A stretch of DNA of 64,000 bases from a virus. Its lineage: Duplodnaviria; Caudoviricetes. Positions 54,343 to 64,000 of this stretch are shown here, piece after piece. The DNA is taken from the IMG/VR virus record IMGVR_UViG_3300042567_001420; one strand, given 5' to 3'. The stretch's first letter is position 1; each line of letters begins with the position of its first letter. The position numbers and the translations under genes are program-made. The notes under the pieces are model-generated. The model was not told where the DNA came from and did not search any database. It saw only the letters and a program-made list of their open reading frames with translations.

Positions 54343-54516
54343 TTAGCCTATTATCGTTTTGGATAAAATGATTTGTTCACCAGACATTTTCCATTCCAAA
54401 GTATCGCCTTCTACCCATTGAACTTGTTTAAGAAGATCCTCGGGCAATTCAATAATAAATTCGCCAGGTTGATCTGGATCATCTTGTACAATGGTGTGCC
54501 AAACCTTATCATTCAT
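54343..54516 (-). CDS. 57-aa AbrB/MazE-like protein (not in the ORF track)
   Basis: GEFIIELPEDLLKQVQWVEGDTLEW...IILSK. Confidence 0.6.
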   Translation of the reverse strand: MNDKVWHTIVQDDPDQPGEFIIELPEDLLKQVQWVEGDTLEWKMSGEQIILSKTIIG

Positions 54517-54517
54517 T

Positions 54518-54724
54518 TTAGCACTTTTCTAATTCGTTTGCTTCTTTAAGCAATGTAGTTACTTCGTCTAGATTAGAACATAAGATTTTTACGTTTGTCC
54601 AATCATCGTCAAGCCCTCTTCCGCTGACTTCAACCATATATCCGTTGTCATATAAATTGATAGTTATTGAATCGTTAACTTTTGATAGTTTGTCGCTAAT
54701 TTTTTTAACTTGTTTCTTTGTCAT
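54518..54724 (-). CDS. Hypothetical protein
   Basis: 68-aa ORF, SD AAGGA. Confidence 0.65.
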   Translation of the reverse strand: MTKKQVKKISDKLSKVNDSITINLYDNGYMVEVSGRGLDDDWTNVKILCSNLDEVTTLLKEANELEKC

Positions 54725-54734
54725 TTTATTTCCT

Positions 54735-55547
54735 TTAAGTCCAAAGTGCGTGTCTAATTTTAATGAGGCGAATCAACATTGCTTCATCCTCTGCCATATA
54801 TTCTGCTTCAATTTTATGTGACAAATCTAAAGCAGTCATACATTCTTTTCGTTCTTCTTCTGTTTCATTTTCGTGACCCCATAGATCACCTCCAGCTTTT
54901 TGCCTACGTTTTTCGCAATATGCAGACCATCCGCTTGCTTCATGGGCATCTGGTCTTTTAGGGTATACTGTAGTCCACCACAAGTAAAGTTCTTTAATTT
55001 CTTTTGCAGAAGATGCTTGACTTGTGTCTTCCACTTTACCATTTTCATCTTCATGGGTAAGTGTTGCCGCCCAATCAAGATGATCTAAACCAGCTTGAGG
55101 ACTACGCCATGTTCTCCAACGGAACCAACCTTTGGCATAGAATGGGGGATTATATTTTTTAGTTGCTTCGTCATCCCATGCAATATGCAACCAAGCTGTT
55201 TCTACCTCAACAAACTCCACAAGCTCATTGAATAAGCAAGGCAAAAAGCGATTACCCACGTCTTGCCACTGACCAGGTTTGATGTCTCTGGGATGTGCAG
55301 TAAGACTGTTAGTGCGAGTAACCCAACGATTGTTAATGTAATATTTTGCATTGTATAATGTATCCATCGGTAACCGAATAAAGGTTTGGATTTTATCAAG
55401 ACCTTCTTCTACAATCCAATAACGAATTGGATGTTTTTCTTTTGCGTCTTTTTCCCAGTTATGCCAACCAGAACTAGTTGCAGACGTAGGCTTAATGCTA
55501 CCTCGAATCCAATTCGCAATGTTTGTGTTTGACCAATATTGTTTCAT
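54735..55547 (-). CDS. Trp-rich conserved phage hypothetical protein
   Basis: 270-aa ORF coupled to the helicase gene. Confidence 0.7.
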   Translation of the reverse strand: MKQYWSNTNIANWIRGSIKPTSATSSGWHNWEKDAKEKHPIRYWIVEEGLDKIQTFIRLPMDTLYNAKYYINNRWVTRTNSLTAHPRDIKPGQWQDVGNRFLPCLFNELVEFVEVETAWLHIAWDDEATKKYNPPFYAKGWFRWRTWRSPQAGLDHLDWAATLTHEDENGKVEDTSQASSAKEIKELYLWWTTVYPKRPDAHEASGWSAYCEKRRQKAGGDLWGHENETEEERKECMTALDLSHKIEAEYMAEDEAMLIRLIKIRHALWT

Positions 55548-55549
55548 TT

Positions 55550-56962
55550 TTATAACTTTATAGATGAGAAATCTCTAGACCGTTTATTAAACGCATCTCC
55601 TATATTATAATTGCTTTTTTGTGGTTTGTCAACTCTATCGATATCCAAATTGGCATCTGTTAGTCCTTTTTGAGCAGACTGTTCCAAATCATATAATTTC
55701 ATCTTAGATCTATCAACACCAATCATAAATCGTTTATTAGCTGTCGGGTCATTATATCGATTCTTCAATTGCTTAACCATAATCTGATTTGTTTGTTCAA
55801 GTTCCTCAGTCGAAATCAAAGCAAACATAAAGTCAACTGTTGCAGGCAAACCAAAAGATTCAGATGTATCTGTTAGTTCAACATCTGTATTTCCATACCC
55901 ACTTCGAGTTGTCTGTGTAGCTGATAGAATCGGAAGATCTTCTTCAACCGCCAAACCACGAAGTTCTTCTGCAATAGACTTAATCAAAGTATAAGAATTA
56001 ATATTTGAACCAGATTTGAATCTTGAACTCGAACAAATATTCAAGTAGTCAATAATAATCATTGCAGGTTTAAATTGTTTCTTTAGTTGCAATTCATTTA
56101 ACAAAGCCTTAAAGTGTCCAGTATGTGCGCCAGCAGTAGGATATTCTTTAATGATTAATCTGCCTTCAGTCTTGTTTCTAATCTTTTCAATTCGATTGTC
56201 AAATATAGACTTCGGCAAATCTTTCAATTGATCCAAAGTAATATTCATTAAGTTCGCATCAATACGTTCCGCAATTCTTTCTTCAGCCATCTCAAGAGTA
56301 ATATACAAAACATTCTTACCTTGAGCCAAAGTCGATGCTGCTACGTGACACATGAACAAAGACTTACCAACACCTGTACCTGCAAGAACAACATTCAATG
56401 TCTTATTAGGCAACCCGCCATTTGTGATCTTGTTAAAATACTCAAGATCAAAGGGTGTTCTTGATTCTACCCTATGATAAAATTCATATCGACTATCTGC
56501 ATTCTCAATATAATCATGTCCAACATTGTTGTCAAAACAAACACCAAGTGCATCCTGCAATAATTGAGGAATACCATCTTGAGTCTTGGCCGCATCTCTA
56601 CCATCAATGATTGCAATTGAATTTAAAATTGCGTTATAAATTGCTTTGTCTTTACAGAACTTTTCAGTCTCTTTGTAGAGCCAATCTTTATTGTGTTCTG
56701 TAGGGTTTAGCTCTTGAATGATACCTGCAACTTCTTTGTACTGTTCTTCATTTAAAGTTTTATCATTTTGAAGTGCAACAATCAAAGCATCTTTGTTCGG
56801 AGGTGTATTATACTCATCTATAAACGCTTTGACTCTATCAAAAATTAATCGATCACTATTTTCTAAAAAATAATCCCGCTTTAAGAAAGGGATTACTTTT
56901 CTCATATACGCATCATCTGTTACCAGGTTTTGCAGAATCACCTGTTCGATTTTCGAATTCAT
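55550..56962 (-). CDS. 41: Replicative DNA helicase (T4 gp41-like)
   Basis: AGTGVGKS Walker A, YITLEMAEE, IIIDYLNI, SATQTTR, KQLKNRY. Confidence 0.95.
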   Translation of the reverse strand: MNSKIEQVILQNLVTDDAYMRKVIPFLKRDYFLENSDRLIFDRVKAFIDEYNTPPNKDALIVALQNDKTLNEEQYKEVAGIIQELNPTEHNKDWLYKETEKFCKDKAIYNAILNSIAIIDGRDAAKTQDGIPQLLQDALGVCFDNNVGHDYIENADSRYEFYHRVESRTPFDLEYFNKITNGGLPNKTLNVVLAGTGVGKSLFMCHVAASTLAQGKNVLYITLEMAEERIAERIDANLMNITLDQLKDLPKSIFDNRIEKIRNKTEGRLIIKEYPTAGAHTGHFKALLNELQLKKQFKPAMIIIDYLNICSSSRFKSGSNINSYTLIKSIAEELRGLAVEEDLPILSATQTTRSGYGNTDVELTDTSESFGLPATVDFMFALISTEELEQTNQIMVKQLKNRYNDPTANKRFMIGVDRSKMKLYDLEQSAQKGLTDANLDIDRVDKPQKSNYNIGDAFNKRSRDFSSIKL

Positions 56963-57224
56963 TAATTGCCTTTGCTAATATATCGTTAATTATGTCTGCT
57001 ACCACGCCGTTGAACTCTGCAGAATTTAAATCTTCTTCTGTTTTTCCTTTTGGTCTTTGGACAAAGTTGAAGTCAAGTGCAACGGTTCCGTCGTCAGATT
57101 TATCATCCATCTCGACGGAATTAATACTGATGATTGTTCCGGTATAATTACCTTCCAGAAGTTTGAAACCCCATAGATCACCTTTTTCATTTTTAATTGC
57201 CCACGGTTCATACTTCACTGGCAT
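56913..57224 (-). CDS. Protein in the T4 gp40 position (head vertex assembly chaperone-like)
   Basis: Synteny uvsX-40-41; GxYxGxI...DF pattern; start MPVKY. Confidence 0.5.
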   Translation of the reverse strand: MPVKYEPWAIKNEKGDLWGFKLLEGNYTGTIISINSVEMDDKSDDGTVALDFNFVQRPKGKTEEDLNSAEFNGVVADIINDILAKAINEFENRTGDSAKPGNR

Positions 57225-58287
57225 TTGTAAATTCCTCATCCAAATCAATGTTACTAAAGCTAGCACCTAACATCTCGCCACCTGCGATACGATACTTGTT
57301 CTCAATAAAAGTTCTGAAGTCTTGCGATGTAATAATTGGTAACCAAAACTCTTTAGTGTATGTGTCTTTAAGTCTAAGCTTCTTGTCCGATACTACACCG
57401 GTCTCTTTATTGACCGAAGAATACCAACCATTAGATGGCTTAATAACAAACCCACCTTCAAGTGCTACATCCAATAGACCAGACCATTTGCTAATACCAC
57501 CTTCGAATGTAACTTCAACTGGAATCTTAGACTTCTCACGAACAAACCTAGACTTCTCAACATTGATAATAAAGTTATATCCAATAACTTCTGTACCTTC
57601 TTTTTCTTGTTGACGACCAATAATAAAGATTTGATCTGCAGAATAATAAATGCCTGTACCGCCTGAAACAATTTGTTTAGGGAACAAACCAATTTCAGAA
57701 TAAGTATGATTAACAACAACCATTGGAATATCTTTAATAGTCAAGTGAGGTGTAATCATTCTGAATAAAGACTTCATCTGTTTAGCGCGAGTCATATCTG
57801 CAACAGACTTGCCTTCAAGTGCATCATCAACTTCTTTCTTTGAAGCTAGATTACCTACTGAATCAACTACAATTATAACATGATCGCCACGCTCTACATT
57901 GTTAATTTGGCTCATCACATCAAATTTAAGTTGTTCAATGTCAGTAATAGGAGTGTGCAAAACACGCCCAGGATCAATTCCAAAGTTGTCAAAGTAGGAT
58001 TGAGGTGAACCAAATTCTGAATCATAGAATAAAACGACAGCATCCTCATACTTATCCAAATAGGCTTTGGCAAGCAATAACGAGAATGCTGTTTTAAAAT
58101 GTTTAGATGGACCTGCAAATACTGTGAGACCCGGAGTCAACCCGCCCTCAAGACTTCCAGACATCGCGACGTTAACCATAGGAACAGAGGTTTGAATCAT
58201 ATCCTTCTTTGCAAAGAATTTGGATTTGCTCAAAGTTTCTGTTTCTTTGATTGTCGAATTTTTCTTTAATTTTTCAAGTAACGACAT
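57208..58287 (-). CDS. uvsX: RecA-like recombinase UvsX
   Basis: AGPSKHFKT, FYDSEFG, IVVDSVGNLASKKE, GGTGIYYSAD. Confidence 0.95.
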   Translation of the reverse strand: MSLLEKLKKNSTIKETETLSKSKFFAKKDMIQTSVPMVNVAMSGSLEGGLTPGLTVFAGPSKHFKTAFSLLLAKAYLDKYEDAVVLFYDSEFGSPQSYFDNFGIDPGRVLHTPITDIEQLKFDVMSQINNVERGDHVIIVVDSVGNLASKKEVDDALEGKSVADMTRAKQMKSLFRMITPHLTIKDIPMVVVNHTYSEIGLFPKQIVSGGTGIYYSADQIFIIGRQQEKEGTEVIGYNFIINVEKSRFVREKSKIPVEVTFEGGISKWSGLLDVALEGGFVIKPSNGWYSSVNKETGVVSDKKLRLKDTYTKEFWLPIITSQDFRTFIENKYRIAGGEMLGASFSNIDLDEEFTNASEV

Positions 58288-58311
58288 AATAACTCCTTAA
58301 GTAATTTCAAT

Positions 58312-58340
58312 ATTATAATATAACCATGACAAAAAGTCAA
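58312..58340 (-). promoter_or_regulatory. sigma70-type early promoter
   Basis: TTGACT-N17-TATAAT. Confidence 0.75.
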
Positions 58341-58343
58341 TAG

Positions 58344-58784
58344 TTAGTTGCACCAACTTTGTTTGGCATCTCCGTAATATTCACGGGCGAATCCGTTTTT
58401 AATTAATTCTGCTCTTAGGCTTACACCGTTTAGAATTAGATCACCTAAAACACGTCCACCGAATTTATCCCAACCATATAACATGACTTGATGTTTTTGT
58501 GTGGAATTTATTGCATTTTTGGTAAACACACTAGCAGCTTCTCCGCGTTGTTTTTCCAAATCGCATTGTCCTCTAAATCCCTTTTCGGGAGTATCTACTC
58601 CAAATACTCGAACGGCAATTTCTGGTTTGATGGGTGCAGGCAAATACGGTGCAGCAATAACTACAGTATCTCCGTCTGTCACTCTTATAATGTTAGCATC
58701 ATATAATACTCCTTTTGGAGTCTTTTGAGCATAACTTGTAGATGCACATAATAGAAATGCAAGTGTTAATAATAATTTTTTCAT
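58344..58784 (-). CDS. Thermonuclease (SNase) family protein with signal peptide
   Basis: MKKLLLTLAFLLCASTSYA; RVTDGDTV, VRVFGVDTPE, DKFGGRVLG. Confidence 0.85.
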   Translation of the reverse strand: MKKLLLTLAFLLCASTSYAQKTPKGVLYDANIIRVTDGDTVVIAAPYLPAPIKPEIAVRVFGVDTPEKGFRGQCDLEKQRGEAASVFTKNAINSTQKHQVMLYGWDKFGGRVLGDLILNGVSLRAELIKNGFAREYYGDAKQSWCN

Positions 58785-61270
58785 GCGAATAATCCTTCCA
58801 ATGTTGCTTGTGGCTTTGCAGACCAACCCACACCATTCAATATTGTTGTTAACGGTTCAAGAAATGATTTCTCAAACATTGTGTCATAATCTACATACTG
58901 CTTCAAATTGAACTCTTCAGGAATCACATTGATAAAAGCAATACAATTTTCTTTAATCAAGTTTGGTTCTTTTAAGTAAATGAATTTGATCTTATCGCCT
59001 TCACTTATAAGTTCATACTTTTTATCTATTTGCTTTTCTTTTAAATAGAAGTTATACAGCAAGGCTCCCCGAACGTGCATTGGAGTAGCTGGTTTATAAA
59101 TAGATGATCTATCTGTATATTTATCGACTCCATTTACACCTCTAGGGAATGCGATTAATTCTGGTTCTAATTTACGATACTTAGTTTCAAACTCTCGAAT
59201 GTAATCTTGTAGCTCTTGTTCTGTTCCGGTCAATGCCAATTTAACTGCCTGCTTCAACGCGTCTCGTACAGGTTCGGGAGTAGATGATCTAACAATCTCC
59301 AATCCCATAACCTTTAGCTTTGGTTCCTTATATTGAACACCCTCATTGTTATAAACATTTAAAGCATATCGTTTCTTAGCAACCCAAATGCCTCGATCTG
59401 CAATAACCTCACGCTTAAAATAAATCTTTGTCTCAAAGGCATTAGTATATTCTGCAAGCATATCGCATGACTTGTTAATTGCCTTTTCAATCTTCTCATT
59501 ACAAATCTTATCGAGAATCTCTACGATCTTTTCTTTTGGTTGATCTTTGTAGAACTTTTGAACCAATGGGTCAAGTGTAATATAACACGCATCTGTATCT
59601 GAATAGAATGAATAAATGTGATCTTTTGTGTCACACACTTTGTTCAAATACTCATTCAATGCTGCACCCACAGTCTGAATAATATACTGTCCGGTCAACG
59701 TAATACCTTCAGCAATATTTGAATCATAGAATCTAAAAAACTCATTGCCCCATGCACCAAACAAAGAGTTTAATTGAATCTTACGAGCCATCTGAAAGTT
59801 GTTATATTTTGCAATCTCTTTTTGCCACTTCTTATCTTTTGATTCTTCATACTTAGATTGAGCGACCAACATCAACTTCTTATACTTTTGTCGATCGTCA
59901 AATAACTTCTGAACAATCTCGGGAAACAATCCTTGCTTCTCTCTGGTATAGCAAAAGCCATTTGCAGACATACAATAGTTGTTATCTTTTAGATCATCTA
60001 GATTGATAGATTGTTTTAACAATGAATTTACATCTGCATTTTTTGTTGCTTTTCTAATTTGTGTTTCTGGCGACAAATTATACTGCATAATAATACTAGG
60101 ATACAGACTTGTTGCATCAAAAGAAACCACCCAATCATATTTGCCTGGTCGTGGTTCTTGAACAAATGCCCCGACAATTTGTCTACCGGGCAAACCTTCT
60201 CGCTGATGCACAACAATGTTTTGTTTCCACAAATGATTCCATAAGATACAGTCCCAAGTTCTTACAGCTGAGAATACATCAACATAATTACATTTCGCAT
60301 CATATGCCATTGTAAGAATCAATTCAATCAACTTCATCTTGTCTTCAAGCTGGTCAACAAGTTCTACGTCAACTACGTTATACTCGACAAACTTTTGCCA
60401 ATCATTTTTATAGAAGTCTCGGAACGAAGTATATTCGTCATACGATAATTTCTCTTTGCCAAGTTCTACTTTGGCAATGTGATCCAACTTATATGATTCT
60501 TGAGCACTGTAGGTAAACTTCTTATACAGATCAAGATAGTCTAGAATGGCTACACCAAGAATATCATAAATAAGTTCTGTGCGACTCATGCGGGTAAATT
60601 CTTTTGGATTTACCACACCCCAAGGTGATAGCTTTTTAACAGCATCATCTCCAAGAATACGTGCCATTCTAGAACACAAATATGGAATATCAAAGAATTC
60701 AATGTTCCATCCTGTAAGAATGTTAGGGCAATTCTCTTGGAAATAAATTAAGAACTTCTGAAATAGATCATACTCATCTCTACATTGAATATAGGTATGA
60801 TTGTCTTTTGTTACTTTAAATTGTTTCGATCCAAATGTCACAAGCTCTTTAGTACTTGCATCTTGAATCGTAATCAATAACAATTCTTCTTTTGGATCTC
60901 TGACATTGGGGAATCCAAGTTCTGCAGAGGTCTCAATATCAAGAGACCAAATTTTAATCTGCGAAATATCGAATTCTACTTCGTCGGGAAACGTCTTTGT
61001 GATATACTGATATGCGTAATTTGTGTTGCCAAAGATGGGATAATTTTCTACTTCTTTATATCTTTTGACATAATCTTTGGCATCGTTTATATCTGCGAAT
61101 TCTATTTCTTCAAGATTATCTCCGAATAACGACTTATAGTATGATTCTTTCTGTGACTTTGTAAATAAGCTTGGTTTGAATTCGATCTTTTCCTGAACGG
61201 TTTTGCCGTTATTTACGCCCCTGACCAGAATACGATTACCATACTGATTCACGTTAGTGTAGAACTTCAT
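58781..61270 (-). CDS. 43: Family B DNA polymerase (T4 gp43-like)
   Basis: DIETS, GWNIEFFDIPY, YNVVDV exonuclease motifs; SFDATSLYPS, KIQLNSLFG, YSDTD; start MKFYTN. Confidence 0.95.
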   Translation of the reverse strand: MKFYTNVNQYGNRILVRGVNNGKTVQEKIEFKPSLFTKSQKESYYKSLFGDNLEEIEFADINDAKDYVKRYKEVENYPIFGNTNYAYQYITKTFPDEVEFDISQIKIWSLDIETSAELGFPNVRDPKEELLLITIQDASTKELVTFGSKQFKVTKDNHTYIQCRDEYDLFQKFLIYFQENCPNILTGWNIEFFDIPYLCSRMARILGDDAVKKLSPWGVVNPKEFTRMSRTELIYDILGVAILDYLDLYKKFTYSAQESYKLDHIAKVELGKEKLSYDEYTSFRDFYKNDWQKFVEYNVVDVELVDQLEDKMKLIELILTMAYDAKCNYVDVFSAVRTWDCILWNHLWKQNIVVHQREGLPGRQIVGAFVQEPRPGKYDWVVSFDATSLYPSIIMQYNLSPETQIRKATKNADVNSLLKQSINLDDLKDNNYCMSANGFCYTREKQGLFPEIVQKLFDDRQKYKKLMLVAQSKYEESKDKKWQKEIAKYNNFQMARKIQLNSLFGAWGNEFFRFYDSNIAEGITLTGQYIIQTVGAALNEYLNKVCDTKDHIYSFYSDTDACYITLDPLVQKFYKDQPKEKIVEILDKICNEKIEKAINKSCDMLAEYTNAFETKIYFKREVIADRGIWVAKKRYALNVYNNEGVQYKEPKLKVMGLEIVRSSTPEPVRDALKQAVKLALTGTEQELQDYIREFETKYRKLEPELIAFPRGVNGVDKYTDRSSIYKPATPMHVRGALLYNFYLKEKQIDKKYELISEGDKIKFIYLKEPNLIKENCIAFINVIPEEFNLKQYVDYDTMFEKSFLEPLTTILNGVGWSAKPQATLEGLFA

Positions 61271-61304
61271 TAAAAACCTTTTAGACACAATAAATAATTA
61301 TATC

Positions 61305-61333
61305 ATTATATATGAAAAGTGCTTATTTGTCAA
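61305..61333 (-). promoter_or_regulatory. sigma70-type promoter for gp43
   Basis: TTGACA-N17-TATAAT. Confidence 0.8.
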
Positions 61334-61377
61334 TAGGTTATGTAATAAAGATGACCAAATCTTTATATTTGATTAGA

Positions 61378-61385
61378 TATAAATA
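61378..61385 (+). promoter_or_regulatory. T4-type late promoter TATAAATA
   Basis: Exact consensus upstream of 61418, divergent from gp43. Confidence 0.7.
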
Positions 61386-61417
61386 TATGAATACGCATAT
61401 ATTAGTAGGATAATCAA

Positions 61418-62536
61418 ATGGAATTTACAGCTGGATTTACGTTAGTTGGTGGTGGGACTTTTGTTGCGCCTCCACCGCCTCCCCCTGATCCATATCTATG
61501 GGCATGGGGCGACAATGACTTTGGTCGATTGGGATTAGGTAATACTACAGATTATTCAAGTCCAAAACAAGTTGGTGCACTAACTACTTGGTCAAGTATT
61601 TCCGGTGGTGAATTGCACAGCGCGGCCATTAAAACAGATGGTACAATATGGTCTTGGGGCAAAAATGAGTACGGCCAACTGGGCCTAGGCAATACTACAA
61701 ATATATCTAGTCCAGTACAAGTTGGAGCCCTAACTACTTGGTTAAATATTGCTGCGGGTGAGGAACACGCCCTGGCCGTTAAAACAGATGGTACCTTGTG
61801 GTCATGGGGTAGAGCTTCGAACGGTAGATTGGGTCTAGGCAATACTATAAATAGATCTAGTCCAGTACAAGTTGGTGCATTAACTACTTGGTCAAGTATT
61901 AGTGCGGGCGGTGGTCACAGCTTAGCTGTCAAAACAGATGGTACCATGTGGTCTTGGGGAAGCGGTGGCCAAGGCAAATTAGGATTAGGGGACACTACGG
62001 CTAGATCTAGTCCAGTACAGGTTGGTGCGTTAAACACTTGGTCAAGTGTTGCTGGAGGCAATTATCACAGTTTAGCAATTAAAACAGATGGTACCATGTG
62101 GTCATGGGGGTACAATTTCACTTATGGCCTGCTAGGGTTAGGAGATACTAACGATAGATCTAGTCCAGTACAGATTGGAGCTTTAACTACCTGGTCAAGT
62201 ATTTCTGCAGGTTATTTTCATAGCATGGCAGTCAAAACAGATGGTACCATGTGGGCATGGGGTTTCAATAGCGGTCGATTAGGTGTAGGCGATACTGCAA
62301 ACAGATCAAGTCCAGTACAGGTTGGAGCATTAACTACTTGGTTAAATGTTAGTGCAGGTAGGTATCACAGCTTGGCCATTAAAACAGATGGTACATTATG
62401 GTCGTGGGGGGAGAATAATGGCGGCATTTTGGGATTAGGGGACACTACGGCTAGATCTAGTCCAGTACAGGTTGGTGCGTTAAACACTTGGGCAAGTGTT
62501 GCTGCAGGCCATATACACAGCATGGCAATCGGTTAA
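61418..62536 (+). CDS. RCC1-repeat protein
   Basis: PPPPPP hinge and 7 highly regular RCC1 repeats. Confidence 0.9.
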   Translation: MEFTAGFTLVGGGTFVAPPPPPPDPYLWAWGDNDFGRLGLGNTTDYSSPKQVGALTTWSSISGGELHSAAIKTDGTIWSWGKNEYGQLGLGNTTNISSPVQVGALTTWLNIAAGEEHALAVKTDGTLWSWGRASNGRLGLGNTINRSSPVQVGALTTWSSISAGGGHSLAVKTDGTMWSWGSGGQGKLGLGDTTARSSPVQVGALNTWSSVAGGNYHSLAIKTDGTMWSWGYNFTYGLLGLGDTNDRSSPVQIGALTTWSSISAGYFHSMAVKTDGTMWAWGFNSGRLGVGDTANRSSPVQVGALTTWLNVSAGRYHSLAIKTDGTLWSWGENNGGILGLGDTTARSSPVQVGALNTWASVAAGHIHSMAIG

Positions 62537-62573
62537 AGTATCAAATTAAAAGTAAAACAAAATAGGAGAAAAA

Positions 62574-63788
62574 ATGTTCAACAAAAAGGTAGCCGCATTG
62601 GCACTTTTTGTTATGATGTTTGGTAGCACTTTAGCACAAACGACAAGTGGAACCTCTAGCACAACTGGGGGAACAACGACAGGGACTACAAGTCTTATCA
62701 ATCAAGGCACATACGATAGTAAATCATTAGTAGATACTAATAGTACTTCTAATAGTGTCAGTACAGTTAACAGTAATAGCAATGCTACAAGTACAAGCAC
62801 TGCTACAAGCAATTCAACTGTTAACAGTACCTCGGTAAATACTAACAATAATAATAGTGCAAGTACCAGCACAAATGTTAATACCAACAACAATATTAAC
62901 AGCGGTACTCAGACGTTAAATAATAACAACGTCAATTCTGGCACAATGACGTACAATAATAACAACGTCAATTCTGGCACAATGACAAACATTAATCAGA
63001 ATACATCAACATCTACAAGTAACAATACTAACGTTAATACTAATCACAATATTAATAGCGGTACTCAGACGTTTAATAATAACAATGTCAGTACCAGCAC
63101 TTCAACCAATACCAATATTAATAAAAATGAAAATAGCGGTACAATGACGTACAATAACAACAATGTTAGTACATCTACAAATAACAACGTAAATACTTCT
63201 ACAAATAATAATGTAAATACTGGAGATATGACTAATCGCAATATTAGTACATCTACATCGCAAAGTGTTAATACAAATAATAATGTTAACCAAAATGCAA
63301 ACATTAATCAGAACATAAATTCTGGCGAAGTAACTAACATTAATAAAAACGAAACTCTTATTACACAAAGAGTAATTCAACCTCCACCCACAGCAGTTGC
63401 ACCTTCAATGATGAGTGGGGGAAACAATGATCTATGTAGTACTGGATCATCTGGCTCAGTACAAACACAAGTATTTGGTGTTTCATCTGGAGGCACAATA
63501 CGAGATCTAAATTGTGAAAGATTAAAACTTTCTAAAACTCTGTATGACATGGGCATGAAGGTTGCGGCAGTTAGCACTATGTGTCAAGATTATCGTGTAT
63601 TTAAAGCAATGATGGATGCCGGAACACCTTGTCCAATTGATGGCAAGATTGGTGAACAGGCTAAACTTGCATGGGAAGAGAACAAAGATAAAATCCCAAC
63701 ACCACCAAAAGAAGACAAATATGAAACTGCTAAAAACATTGGCTTCGGCTCTTTGCTTGGCGTTATCGTTCACGCCGCTTTTAAGTAA
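62574..63788 (+). CDS. Secreted Asn/Thr/Ser-rich protein with a Cys-containing C-terminal domain
   Basis: Signal peptide MFNKKVAALALFVMMFGSTLA; NNNNVNSGTMT repeats; DLC...NCERLKLS...MCQD...TPCP; hydrophobic C-terminus. Confidence 0.7.
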   Translation: MFNKKVAALALFVMMFGSTLAQTTSGTSSTTGGTTTGTTSLINQGTYDSKSLVDTNSTSNSVSTVNSNSNATSTSTATSNSTVNSTSVNTNNNNSASTSTNVNTNNNINSGTQTLNNNNVNSGTMTYNNNNVNSGTMTNINQNTSTSTSNNTNVNTNHNINSGTQTFNNNNVSTSTSTNTNINKNENSGTMTYNNNNVSTSTNNNVNTSTNNNVNTGDMTNRNISTSTSQSVNTNNNVNQNANINQNINSGEVTNINKNETLITQRVIQPPPTAVAPSMMSGGNNDLCSTGSSGSVQTQVFGVSSGGTIRDLNCERLKLSKTLYDMGMKVAAVSTMCQDYRVFKAMMDAGTPCPIDGKIGEQAKLAWEENKDKIPTPPKEDKYETAKNIGFGSLLGVIVHAAFK

Positions 63789-64000
63789 AGCACAAACAGT
63801 AGAGCCCGGGCAAGTCTACACTACCGGGAATATTGTACAAGATACTCCCTATGGTGGACCTACCCCTTGGGTTGGCGGTGTTTATCAAGACAATCTAACT
63901 TGTTGGGGACAACAAGGCGATACAGGATACTGTGGACCGAATGCTATCGTGCGTCCAGGCGGTAACATTAACTTCTCTTATGGTTCAACATATCTGTATC
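63721..64000 (+). CDS. Signal-peptide protein (partial, runs off the window end)
   Basis: MKLLKTLASALCLALSFTPLLSKAQTVEPGQVYTTGNIV...; open to the window end. Confidence 0.7.
   Translation, partial: MKLLKTLASALCLALSFTPLLSKAQTVEPGQVYTTGNIVQDTPYGGPTPWVGGVYQDNLTCWGQQGDTGYCGPNAIVRPGGNINFSYGSTYLY

Noticed and set aside
55550-61270. Introns or inteins in gp41, uvsX or gp43
   Set aside because: All three are continuous ORFs of ordinary size, with no intein motifs.

Overview
This 64 kb AT-rich window is from a large T4-like (myovirus) phage genome. It reads in the standard genetic code and lies mostly on the minus strand. Evidence: gp43 DNA polymerase, UvsX, gp41 helicase, T4-type late promoters (TATAAATA) and consensus sigma70 early promoters. 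The RpoZ homolog resembles betaproteobacterial omega, which hints at the host (inference). Layout: (1) 1-34.7 kb, tail-fibre/adhesin region with four giant Asn/Thr-rich fibres, RCC1-repeat and Gly-rich paralogs, and an embedded oxygenase/sulfotransferase/glycosyltransferase/methyltransferase cluster; (2) 34.8-42.7 kb, proteins with T4 capsid-targeting-like N-termini, including an RNA-ligase-fold protein and a HIGH nucleotidyltransferase, plus Dps; (3) 43.7-52.4 kb, omega, an ADP-heptose pathway, a MazG-like protein, a J-domain protein, GroES and 23 tRNAs (one per codon box, lacking Phe and initiator Met) with structured intergenic RNAs; (4) 52.4-61.3 kb, replication genes; (5) a plus-strand RCC1 and secreted-protein block. 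Best candidate for an undescribed system: a leaderless 35-codon ORF containing all 20 amino acids, driven by a late promoter and followed by competing antiterminator/terminator hairpins directly upstream of the tRNA array. This looks like a pan-tRNA-sensing attenuator. All family assignments come from motif recognition by eye; no searches were run.
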